A stretch of DNA of 64,000 nucleotides from IMG/VR virus record IMGVR_UViG_3300037333_000013, positions 100,668 to 164,667 of that record; one strand, given 5' to 3'. The first letter of the stretch is position 1, and each line of letters starts with the position of its first letter. The notes under the pieces are model-generated. The model was not told the origin of the DNA. It searched no databases and was given only the letters and a program-made list of their open reading frames with translations. Position numbers and translations under genes: made by a program. The DNA is from a virus. Of this stretch, positions 8,481 to 17,590 are shown piece after piece.

Positions 8481-9656
8481 CTACACGGTCATATAAATGG
8501 ACTTTAGGTTCTCCCAGTCTTCATCTACTAATGGTATAGTCATTCCAATCTTATATTGCGTGGGGTCCATCTCTTGTAAGAGTTCTTGTACTCTATCTCC
8601 ACCTAGCCACTTATTCATATACGGTAAGTCTGAACACTCATCACTAGGATAAATAATATCCTCTTTGATTGCACGTAAACGTATATTTGCTAAGTGCTTA
8701 ATATAACGTGTCAATACAATGGTATTTAGTCCTAACAGTGGGCCGTTTTCAAATAGGTAACCAGCCCACTCAATCTCATCTTGAACAGCTTCTGCATAGA
8801 GTCTACGCACTTTATCTTTACATTGGTGTGCTATCTCTACAAATCCTTCACTCTCGTTTGTCTTGAGAATCTTGACGAGTTTCTGGGAGATGTTCAAGTG
8901 ATTAAGCTCATCCCTAGCAATCAACTTCAACTCTTGACCATTCCCACTGAAAATCTTATTGTCCGCCATCTTAAAAGTACATGCAAATGAGACAAAGAAC
9001 CGTATGCCCTCAATGATGTTCCATGCAATAATAGCAAGGTACACAGACTCCTTCAGTTCATCTTCTGTTATAAAGTGGTAGAGTCCCATCTTAGATAAGA
9101 TACGTTTAACTTTATATTCGTTAGAGTTGGTGGACTTCTCATACTCATCAGCTTCCCACTTAGCTAACTTGATATATAAGTCTTCATAGAGTTCTTTAAT
9201 CTTACTAGCATGTGATGTAATGACTTTATCCACAGCAATTTGGTCAAAGATATCTGATGGGTTGTTATAGACATTACGTAAGATATATGTATAAGTATCG
9301 CTATGGTTTACTTCTTGTTGTTGCAGGATTGTTAGTGCTTTCTCAATCTCTGTGTTACAGAGCACTCTACCAATAGTAGATAGCAAACTCCTACCTTGAA
9401 TGGTATCCATAATAGATTGTCTTTTAATGTTTAAATCAAAGACCCTACGAATAGCAGAGTCCGCATTATCGTAGTCTGATTTATCGTTAATAAGTTTTAC
9501 CTCTTGCTTCTTCCAGAAGTCCTCTAACATACTCTCGCTTATGTCTTCAAATCTAGAATACTTTACAGTATCATATCTCTGTATACCTTTACCACTACCG
9601 AAGAAAATCTTCTCTTCGTGTGGGTTTGTTTTGTTTAATTCGTCATAGATATTCAT
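8481..9656 (-). CDS. nrdB: Ribonucleotide reductase class Ia beta subunit
   Basis: QRYD..KY, FW..EV, EVNHSDTY (iron ligands and radical Tyr), EGIRFFVSF, DELNH. Confidence 0.95.
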   Translation of the reverse strand: MNIYDELNKTNPHEEKIFFGSGKGIQRYDTVKYSRFEDISESMLEDFWKKQEVKLINDKSDYDNADSAIRRVFDLNIKRQSIMDTIQGRSLLSTIGRVLCNTEIEKALTILQQQEVNHSDTYTYILRNVYNNPSDIFDQIAVDKVITSHASKIKELYEDLYIKLAKWEADEYEKSTNSNEYKVKRILSKMGLYHFITEDELKESVYLAIIAWNIIEGIRFFVSFACTFKMADNKIFSGNGQELKLIARDELNHLNISQKLVKILKTNESEGFVEIAHQCKDKVRRLYAEAVQDEIEWAGYLFENGPLLGLNTIVLTRYIKHLANIRLRAIKEDIIYPSDECSDLPYMNKWLGGDRVQELLQEMDPTQYKIGMTIPLVDEDWENLKSIYMTV

Positions 9657-9687
9657 CTTTTATACTACCTTCAGTTTGTTATTTATC

Positions 9688-11898
9688 TTATACACCACAT
9701 CCACCACCAGCACAACCACTATCTATAACCACATCACCATTGTTAAATGTAGAGTAATAGAGTGAGTTCAGCCCTAGTGCATCTGCTTCATAAAGTACTT
9801 CAATCATTTTAAAGAGCTTAAACTTATCAACATCCTCACCCTCTTTCTCGATGTCTGTCTCAAACCAATCAACGTCAACTGATATCCCTTGGTCTATAAA
9901 CTCATTAATCACACCAATGGTTTTCAAGTACCTCTTGTTATCTATCTCTGTTCCGAATACATAGTACTCACTATACTTTTCAAACTCAGGAACAACAACA
10001 GGAATTGCACCATACTTTGTTGCTTTTAAGTAGAATGGGGATAGTGGTACTTTCACACCGTTCGTAGCACCGCTGATATCTCCAGATGTACCAGCTGGTG
10101 GAATAGCACTCAACGACAAGTTATATAATCCATACTGAATAATATCAGTGTTTAGTTTATCGATATCGTCTTCTGATACGTATTCCCAATTAAGTGTCTT
10201 GAGATACCCATCAGAGTATCTAGATTTCTCTCTAAACCATTTAGCTTCACCGTTCTCTTTTGCTAGTTTACAAGAAGCAACCAACAACCAATACTGAAAG
10301 TGTTCAATATACTCTTTTATTTTTGCATCTGCTTCATCTGTACCGAACTTCGTTTTAGACTTAGCTGTAAAGTGTGACAAGTCCGATACGCCCATACCTA
10401 AGTACCTACCATTCATCATTGTTCTTCGAATCATCTCATGTGGATACTCTTGCATATCTATGACTCTATTTCCCATCTTCACAAGTAGTTCACACACTCG
10501 TTTTAATCTATCTAAAGAACAGAATCCCATATTAACATTACCCAATATACAAAGTGGTAACTCTGCATTTGTATCATTAATAGATTGGATAGGGGTTGTC
10601 GGTAAGAATATCTCTACACATAGATTTGTGGTTCTGATAGCGACTTTAAATGGTCCATCGTTTGCGTTGCTAATAAAGATAGGGTGTATTCTACCTGTTT
10701 CGAAGAACTCAACAGCATATCTCTCTAATAGTTCCCTTGCAGAGATTTGTTTCTTTTTGATACTCTCATTACTCTCGTAGTTCTTATACGTCTCTTCCCA
10801 TAGTTCTGTGTCATAAAGGTTATCTAAAAGTAACCTAGTCTCATGTGAGCTAAAGAGTGTCCACATCTCATCGTTTAATGCTCTCTTTAATAATAGTTTA
10901 GGAATCAAAACAGAATATGTTAAACCTTTGACAGAGTTCTCCTCTGTTGACTTATTACTCTTTAGAGTAAGAAGCTTCTCAATATCCCAGTCCCATATTG
11001 CATTAATGTTATTTGCGGAGTTGTTTCTAGCACCCTGAGAGAATGGGTTAATCGATACTTCAAACCACCTCAATATAGGTATCTTTCCAGTATGTTTGAT
11101 AGTTCCATTTGAAATAGGCATACCATCACCTCTAATGTTCGCACTTGATAGACCAATACCAGAACGTAATGCACCCATATCTGTTAAGATTGTGACAGTT
11201 GCACTTATACCTTTTTTCGTATCCCCTGTTTCAATAACACAACACGAGGCATACCCATCTTTATTTGTTCTAAATCCTGACATAATTGGTGATGGTAAAC
11301 TGATTTCAAATCTATTAAAACTGTGATACATATCTATGATATCATCTTTATTTTTCGTATCTGAAAATGCCATCATTGCGATAAGCATATATGCCTCTTG
11401 TGGTGTCTCGATAAACCTACCAGAATCTTTATCTCCAACGAGATACTTATCTATGAATGTTCTTACGCCTATATACTTAATGTTTCTATTATAAGTATAA
11501 TCAATCTCATTTCCAAAAGCGTTTATCTCTTCTTCCGTATAAAGCTCTAGTATCTTGTTTGTATAGAACCCATCTTTAATGTTTCTCTTTACAATATCTA
11601 ATAGTGGCAATGGTGTTTTACCACCATAGACAGACTTATAAACACCTATCATTAATGCTCTCGACGAAGCATATTGGAAGTCAGGATATCTCAATGATAT
11701 TTTGTCTTTTAATAACGTCGATAGGGTATCTTGAATATCTCTTGTATGTATCCCACTATCCAAATGGAAAGACATCTCTTTCTTCACTTCATCGACTGGT
11801 ACTTTGAGTCCATGGCAAAGGTAATCAATCATTCTGTCAATTTTCCCTCTATCGAGGAGTTGCTTCTCCCCATTTTGTTTAATTACATATTGTTGCAT
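9688..11898 (-). CDS. nrdA: Ribonucleotide reductase class Ia alpha subunit
   Basis: N-terminal ATP-cone-like region, ETPQ, SLPSPIM, ASCC, TNLCVEI, SLYY and C-terminal CAGGGC. Confidence 0.95.
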   Translation of the reverse strand: MQQYVIKQNGEKQLLDRGKIDRMIDYLCHGLKVPVDEVKKEMSFHLDSGIHTRDIQDTLSTLLKDKISLRYPDFQYASSRALMIGVYKSVYGGKTPLPLLDIVKRNIKDGFYTNKILELYTEEEINAFGNEIDYTYNRNIKYIGVRTFIDKYLVGDKDSGRFIETPQEAYMLIAMMAFSDTKNKDDIIDMYHSFNRFEISLPSPIMSGFRTNKDGYASCCVIETGDTKKGISATVTILTDMGALRSGIGLSSANIRGDGMPISNGTIKHTGKIPILRWFEVSINPFSQGARNNSANNINAIWDWDIEKLLTLKSNKSTEENSVKGLTYSVLIPKLLLKRALNDEMWTLFSSHETRLLLDNLYDTELWEETYKNYESNESIKKKQISARELLERYAVEFFETGRIHPIFISNANDGPFKVAIRTTNLCVEIFLPTTPIQSINDTNAELPLCILGNVNMGFCSLDRLKRVCELLVKMGNRVIDMQEYPHEMIRRTMMNGRYLGMGVSDLSHFTAKSKTKFGTDEADAKIKEYIEHFQYWLLVASCKLAKENGEAKWFREKSRYSDGYLKTLNWEYVSEDDIDKLNTDIIQYGLYNLSLSAIPPAGTSGDISGATNGVKVPLSPFYLKATKYGAIPVVVPEFEKYSEYYVFGTEIDNKRYLKTIGVINEFIDQGISVDVDWFETDIEKEGEDVDKFKLFKMIEVLYEADALGLNSLYYSTFNNGDVVIDSGCAGGGCGV

Positions 11899-11989
11899 TA
11901 TAGTCCTTTTTAGTCTGATTTAGTCAGCTAAAATCTTTCTTAAATTATTAATGTATGCCTTAAGTGATAATAAATAATAGGATAATAAA

Positions 11990-13012
11990 ATGTTTCATGT
12001 GATTTCAATATTTAGTGGTGCCGGCGGGATGGATTTAGGGTTTTGTGGTGGTTTTCGATACTTAGATAACTATTATAGAAAGTTGAAGTTTAAGACAACA
12101 TTGATGGTTGAGAGAGACAAGGAAGCCTGTGATACATTAAAGAACAATAAATGGTTTAAAGATGCAGATATAAAGAATGCAGATATTACAACAATGGATA
12201 AGAAACAATATAGTTGCGATGTATTGATAGGTGGATTTCCGTGTGTAACGTTTAGTGTGGTTGGTAATAGGAATGGTGTAAATGATGATATTAATGGTAA
12301 GTTATATCTATCGTTTGTTGACTACATTACTTTTTACAAACCAAAAGTGTTTGTGGCTGAGAACGTAAAAGGAATACTAAGTTCTAATAAGGGGAGAGAC
12401 AAGGAGATTATACTAAAGTCATTTGAAGATTTAGGGTATGTTGTATCAGTATATCTAGTCAACTTTGCAGATTACGGTGTCCAACAACTGAGAGAAAGAG
12501 TTTTGTTTATTGGGGTGTGTAATAACATTAAAGAGAAGTTTATTCCACCAACAAAGATAACAACAAAACATACCACATCAAGAGAAGCATTATCATCCAT
12601 AAGTGATAATATTGCAAATAATGAAATTGGTATTGTATCTGATAATGTGAAGAAGAAGTTAGAACATATTCCTGAGGGTGGTAACTTTAAAGATTTGCCT
12701 GTTCACTTATCTGTTAAAGGAATGATGTCTAACATATATAGAAAGTTAGACAGGAATAAACCAAGCACAACCGTCATTGCATCTGGTGGTGGTGGGACAT
12801 ATGGGTATCATTACGAAGAACATAGACCACTCACAAACAGAGAACGTGCAAGGTTGCAATCGTTTCCAGATGATTTTGTATTCTATGGTACTGGAAAATC
12901 TGTACGAAGGCAAATCGGAAATGCAGTCCCGCCAGTTGGTATATTCTGGTTTGCACAAGCGATTGAAGCACTGTTATGCAAGATTGATATGAATACGAAA
13001 AAAATAAAGTAG
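11990..13012 (+). CDS. C5 cytosine DNA methyltransferase (orphan)
   Basis: FSGAGG (I), GGFPC (IV), ENVKG (VI), QLRERV (VIII), RARLQSFPD (IX) and QIGNAVP (X). Confidence 0.95.
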   Translation: MFHVISIFSGAGGMDLGFCGGFRYLDNYYRKLKFKTTLMVERDKEACDTLKNNKWFKDADIKNADITTMDKKQYSCDVLIGGFPCVTFSVVGNRNGVNDDINGKLYLSFVDYITFYKPKVFVAENVKGILSSNKGRDKEIILKSFEDLGYVVSVYLVNFADYGVQQLRERVLFIGVCNNIKEKFIPPTKITTKHTTSREALSSISDNIANNEIGIVSDNVKKKLEHIPEGGNFKDLPVHLSVKGMMSNIYRKLDRNKPSTTVIASGGGGTYGYHYEEHRPLTNRERARLQSFPDDFVFYGTGKSVRRQIGNAVPPVGIFWFAQAIEALLCKIDMNTKKIK

Positions 13013-13023
13013 TGCCTAAGGAT

Positions 13024-14745
13024 TTACATCCCTAGGTCTTTCTTCGTTCTTTGTAGTGCCTCCATCACTACCATCTTAAACCGTCCATCTTCATCCGTTA
13101 GATGGTCTATAATCTTCTCTAACCCTATAATTCCATCTGTCGGCAATCCTCGTAATCTTAACCACTCTAGTGTGCCTGGAAGGCAGTTACCAGCACTCTT
13201 GCTTGTTTCCATCGTTACCAATGGACATGCTAAGTCAGAGACTCTCTCGAACTCTCTTTTTAGCATTGATACAGGTTTAGTATCTAACCATTTCAGGTGA
13301 GCTTCATTAGCATCACTAATAGCATAGGCAATGCGGTTAGAAGTTGAGTGGTATGTGAAGCCGTCATCGAACTCGATGACGAATCCATCATATATGTACG
13401 GTGTATTAACCCACTGGGCTTTGTGTATTTTTAGACCACCACGTACAAATGTACGTAATATCGCCGTTTCAACACCGTCAACTATAGTCTTCTCAGACTT
13501 TAACCATCCCAGTATTAATGAAGTTTCCTCAAAAATCCCTCTCTTTGATGGGTGCCTCCAGTCAGAGTCCTCTCTTAACCACCCTGGAACAAGGCATTTG
13601 TCATCATGTCTCATTCTTCTAGTCCAATAGACAGCATCATTGTAGTTACCACAAAAGTCTACAACTTTACCTTTACTGGCTTTTTGGATTGCCAGCTTAT
13701 CTATTGACGCTTTGTGGTGGTCAAAGGTTCCACGCCAATATCCCTCGCACCAAGATTGGCGATTGAGCAGGTCACCAAGCTTTAGGTTAAGCTCTTTAAG
13801 CTTAGGCATAAACTCTACCAGAGCTTGTCTTGCTCTTTGGTAGCTTGATGTCACTACGCCAGCTCTGTTAGCTAGCATAATGATTACAGCCTTTCTAGGG
13901 ACTAGACTGTAGCCCATAGCATCAAGAGCAAGCTCATATGACACATTACGCCCTGTGATGCGTTTGAATGCATCAACCACTTTCCAGAGCATATTGTCTA
14001 TCGCTTGTGGTGAAGCGAAGAACCCACGCTCCTTGAATAGAGTGTATTCAAAGAGAGGCTTTCCAGTATGTGGGCTGTTAGCACCACACCCTGAGTATGC
14101 CCTTCTCTGGATTTCAAACAGGGGGCTATACCCATCAGCCATTGAAATGGCTTTGTGGAACCCAACAAACTCTCTGAGCTTTATGACTTTCATCCCTCGT
14201 TCAGAGTGTCTGCATTCAGTTCCATACTCGAACCCAACACTACGGACGAACTCCGTTACCGTGTTGTGTTCGAAGTATGGGTATATATTCCCAATATCAC
14301 CACCAGCTATTGACCAGAGCTTTCTTAACCCATAGCTGGTATCACACTTGACAAGGTTGTCAAGTGTGATAGTTGGACGTTCGTCCAATGGGGATACCCA
14401 TACGTCTCCCCACACTGGAGCTGGGTCGCTCCAGTTTTTTACTTCTTCCGAGTGCCTGCTCGGAAGAAATTCAGCTACGAATGCTCTCGCGTTCGTAGCT
14501 GAGGCAGTCTTAACTGCTTTTCTCTTTGCGTCATAAGACGCAAAGAGAGTCTTGTTCTTTTTGGCACGTTTCCGTGCCAAATTGGCACGTCTTCGCAGAC
14601 GTGCCTCCTTTAGTGCTGACTTAAAGTCAGCACTAATTACCTCCTCTACTAGAGGAGCAGAAGCTCCTCTAGTAGAAAGTTTAGGAGAGCCTGTAGACTC
14701 TCCTAGGAATGTAGAATAAATATCTTTATTTGTAACTTGTCTCAT
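13024..14745 (-). CDS. Hypothetical protein with an Arg/Lys-rich N-terminal segment and a C-terminal SAGNCLPGT motif (start 14745 or 14793)
   Basis: Long ORF, visibly more GC-rich than its flanks; ATG 14745 is preceded by AAAGGT. Confidence 0.8.
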   Translation of the reverse strand: MRQVTNKDIYSTFLGESTGSPKLSTRGASAPLVEEVISADFKSALKEARLRRRANLARKRAKKNKTLFASYDAKRKAVKTASATNARAFVAEFLPSRHSEEVKNWSDPAPVWGDVWVSPLDERPTITLDNLVKCDTSYGLRKLWSIAGGDIGNIYPYFEHNTVTEFVRSVGFEYGTECRHSERGMKVIKLREFVGFHKAISMADGYSPLFEIQRRAYSGCGANSPHTGKPLFEYTLFKERGFFASPQAIDNMLWKVVDAFKRITGRNVSYELALDAMGYSLVPRKAVIIMLANRAGVVTSSYQRARQALVEFMPKLKELNLKLGDLLNRQSWCEGYWRGTFDHHKASIDKLAIQKASKGKVVDFCGNYNDAVYWTRRMRHDDKCLVPGWLREDSDWRHPSKRGIFEETSLILGWLKSEKTIVDGVETAILRTFVRGGLKIHKAQWVNTPYIYDGFVIEFDDGFTYHSTSNRIAYAISDANEAHLKWLDTKPVSMLKREFERVSDLACPLVTMETSKSAGNCLPGTLEWLRLRGLPTDGIIGLEKIIDHLTDEDGRFKMVVMEALQRTKKDLGM

Positions 14746-15075
14746 CCGAGACCTTTCACTATTTGACCTATACGAATACCGTGTAGCTTTCACATCACGT
14801 ATCTATTAATCCATCAGTGCTTTGTATAGTGTTCTCTGTAACTCCTGCCAATGGCTCGGTAGTTACTTTCTACATCGATAGATGCTTACTAACTATAACA
14901 AAGTTTACTAATAGTAGACTTCGGTCTGGCGTTACCCTGTTTACGTGTTCATAAACGTTCATCTTCAATCACCATAGAGCAGGTGTGCCTTGGGTCATCA
15001 TATCCTGAGTTATGGGATACTCTCCAGAGAAGATATAGAGTTTATACAATAGCAGTCGCTATCCATCACACTCTT
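14645..15075 (-). other. Hairpin-rich long leader or candidate structured RNA
   Basis: About 330 nt untranslated between the early motif and the start, plus multiple stems including a 14-bp perfect stem at 14645-14676. Confidence 0.4.
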
Positions 15076-15080
15076 GCATT

Positions 15081-15090
15081 AATAATATAT
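15081..15090 (-). promoter_or_regulatory. Early-promoter-like motif ATATATTATT
   Basis: Exact motif preceded by T9 on the minus strand. Confidence 0.55.
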
Positions 15091-15134
15091 AAAAAAAAAT
15101 AATCGTATACACAACCCAACGAGTGGGCTATGTA

Positions 15135-16337
15135 TTAACGGTTGAAGAACGAGACAAATGGATTTTCGATTCCTACCTTTTCAGATAGTTTCTTGTTTCT
15201 CTCCTTTCTCTTTCTTTCTTTATCATTTATATTTCGTTCTTTCTTAATAAGATACCGGAGTTTCTTCTCCTCGTCATGTATCATTTTTAGAGCTTCCCTT
15301 TCCTCCCTATTCGCATAACCAACGCCATCAAGCCACGTAAGTAATTTCTTACTGTACTTGTACCCACTGTATGATGTTAAGTCATACGGGATTTCGAAGT
15401 CTTGTAACTTCAAGTCCGATATATTAATTCCTCTATATCTTTCGATTATAAACTCATCCATCTCTACTGTGAAGTGCTTTTTCTCTTTTCTACCTCTTTC
15501 GTGTAGGAAGTACCACCCCTTATCAGAGTATTGTGGTCTACCACATCTTCCAATTTTTTGTTCAATTATCTCCCACTCATCCCATTCGTTGTATTCAATA
15601 AGAACAACTTCGGCAGGAAAGTTTACCCCTTGGGCTAACACATTTGTCGAAATCATTATTTTGATTTCACCTCTTTTGAAAGCTAACTGTAACTCTAACC
15701 TTTCAGACGTTGGTGTGTCTGCCGATATAGTTGCGATATCTTCGAAGTCAATGCCTAGTAGGTTTGCATAGTACCGTCTGTGACCATCATCTGGTACATA
15801 TTTACTAAATATTAGAGTTGATTTCGTCTTAGCCAACTCTTTAATCTCCTCTAAGTTTTCAAGCTGAATCTTTTTAACCTCTTTGAAAGGTTTTAATTCA
15901 ATAACCTCTATATTCAGTAACTCTTTCAGCTCATCACTTAGTGAATCTGTCGCTGTGAGCAACACAACCTCAACTCCTAAGTTCTTTGCTTTTATGATGT
16001 TATTGAGTAACATCAAACCTCTATCTTCATCATTGATGAAGTGGCATTCATCAATGATTACTGTTTCGTATGTGTCTATTGCGTTTGGGATACTCTCATA
16101 GACACATACTTGAGAGCCTCCTTTCCCATCTTTTGAGAGGTTTATATTCACCTCTCCGGTATTGCATATGGTGAATTTATTGTAATCCACCATTATCTCG
16201 TACGCTAGCTGTCTGGTTGGGACTGCTATTAAGGTCTTTCCTTTACTCTCTTTAATAGCGGTATATGTCTTACCGCTACCTGTCCCCCCTACAAGCATTT
16301 TTGTTTTGCTATTATTCGTTAATTTATTTAATTTCAT
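15135..16337 (-). CDS. Superfamily 2 DExH helicase (compact, Ski2/Suv3-like)
   Basis: GTGSGKT, VPTRQLA, DECH, TAT, STNVLAQGVNFP and QKIGRCGR. Confidence 0.9.
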   Translation of the reverse strand: MKLNKLTNNSKTKMLVGGTGSGKTYTAIKESKGKTLIAVPTRQLAYEIMVDYNKFTICNTGEVNINLSKDGKGGSQVCVYESIPNAIDTYETVIIDECHFINDEDRGLMLLNNIIKAKNLGVEVVLLTATDSLSDELKELLNIEVIELKPFKEVKKIQLENLEEIKELAKTKSTLIFSKYVPDDGHRRYYANLLGIDFEDIATISADTPTSERLELQLAFKRGEIKIMISTNVLAQGVNFPAEVVLIEYNEWDEWEIIEQKIGRCGRPQYSDKGWYFLHERGRKEKKHFTVEMDEFIIERYRGINISDLKLQDFEIPYDLTSYSGYKYSKKLLTWLDGVGYANREEREALKMIHDEEKKLRYLIKKERNINDKERKRKERNKKLSEKVGIENPFVSFFNR

Positions 16338-16447
16338 TTGTTATCCTTTTAGGTTTACTTTATATTCTGCATTACCAGATACACGACTATGACTCTTTTA
16401 ACTTAACACCGCGTGACAAAGTGTTAACAGTAATTCAATTACACCAT

Positions 16448-16457
16448 AATAATATAT
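16448..16457 (-). promoter_or_regulatory. Early-promoter-like motif upstream of the helicase
   Basis: ATATATTATT with an upstream T9. Confidence 0.55.
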
Positions 16458-16476
16458 AGGTAAAAAAAAAGGTATG

Positions 16477-16499
16477 CACAGTAGGATTATCCTACTGTG
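16477..16499 (-). terminator. Hairpin terminator
   Basis: CACAGTAGGA-TTA-TCCTACTGTG, with T9 shortly after on the minus strand. Confidence 0.7.
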
Positions 16500-16602
16500 T
16501 ATTATGTTTGGATAAGATGAAAGTCATAAATCGTTTTCTGAACCTTCCAATAACAAGATAATTTCCTGGTAAAGTCATTCTCTTATTTAATTTAGCTTTC
16601 AT
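16492..16602 (-). CDS. 36-aa basic peptide MKAKLNKRMTLPGNYLVIGRFRKRFMTFILSKHNTQ
   Basis: AGGAGG SD; TAATG coupling to the upstream ORF; stop lies inside the terminator hairpin. Confidence 0.5.
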   Translation of the reverse strand: MKAKLNKRMTLPGNYLVIGRFRKRFMTFILSKHNTQ

Positions 16603-17282
16603 TAGCAATTCCTCCTATCATCTTCTGCGTCGTCGAAGTATCCAAAGTCATCCATAACCATACACGGCATAGTTAAACCGCGACCAGCGAGTGAATGTGG
16701 TCTCGCACTTATAAGTTGTAGAACATCAAACCATAACTTATCGTTATATAGTAACGTATCACACGTATCTCTTTCATCTTCAGCTTTAATCTCCAAGTGT
16801 TCGTGATTTATGAGCTTATTGAGAAATTTGTTCAGTACCAATATACTTTCATTACTTGTTGTGTTGAAATTTAAACTACCAACCTTACCAGTAGATAAAT
16901 CCAATACATATAAAGTAACAAACAAACTAAAGTTTCCGAAGATTAGTTGTTGTTTGTTCAGATTTAAGTAATATTGTTCTATGCAAAGCCAAGATTTTCG
17001 AGATATTTCTATTCCACCTGTTATAACAAGTGTTTCAAAACTTAATGGTGTGCGATGGTTTAATTCCAAGAACTTACGAACTTCAATGTTGTTTAATGGT
17101 TTTATCTTGATGTTATTCAGTTTCTTCATTATAGTTGTGATTTTATCATCTGTTGTTATTTTTGAACTTTTATCTGGACTTACCTCAAGTCCAGATAAAC
17201 TGTATGTGTAATTATGTAAATCTTGTGAATTTTTAAACTCTTTCATTATTTTCTCCATATAAGTGTATTTGTTAGGGTTCAT
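16602..17282 (-). CDS. Hypothetical protein with a C-terminal terminase-Walker-B-like peptide
   Basis: ORF ends AGRGLTMPCMVMDDFGYF. Confidence 0.75.
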   Translation of the reverse strand: MNPNKYTYMEKIMKEFKNSQDLHNYTYSLSGLEVSPDKSSKITTDDKITTIMKKLNNIKIKPLNNIEVRKFLELNHRTPLSFETLVITGGIEISRKSWLCIEQYYLNLNKQQLIFGNFSLFVTLYVLDLSTGKVGSLNFNTTSNESILVLNKFLNKLINHEHLEIKAEDERDTCDTLLYNDKLWFDVLQLISARPHSLAGRGLTMPCMVMDDFGYFDDAEDDRRNC

Positions 17283-17590
17283 TTACAATCCCACCAGAAT
17301 ACTTCCAAATAGTAATGTAATGAACATCCTTTTTGTCTTTCTGATTGTCGATAAACATCATCGTTTCTAAATTTGTCACCGAGTCTTCTGGCAGCATCAT
17401 CTCTAAATGTTTCGTCGTAGATAGATGGACAATTCTCAACCTTCTCAAATCTAATGACTCCACTGTCATCTAGATAGAGTTTCTCTGGTACCCCATCTAA
17501 CTCTTTTAAGAACTCTGGATATAATTCAAATTCCTCTATAAAATCTTTTATAACGCTATCTCTTACATCATTTGATACAAACATTTTCAA
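17279..17590 (-). CDS. Hypothetical protein
   Basis: Coupled ORF in the operon. Confidence 0.65.
   Translation of the reverse strand: MKMFVSNDVRDSVIKDFIEEFELYPEFLKELDGVPEKLYLDDSGVIRFEKVENCPSIYDETFRDDAARRLGDKFRNDDVYRQSERQKGCSLHYYLEVFWWDCK

Noticed and set aside
14645-15075. Group I/II intron or tRNA in the structured leader
   Set aside because: No recognisable catalytic core or cloverleaf by eye; kept only as an unclassified structured region
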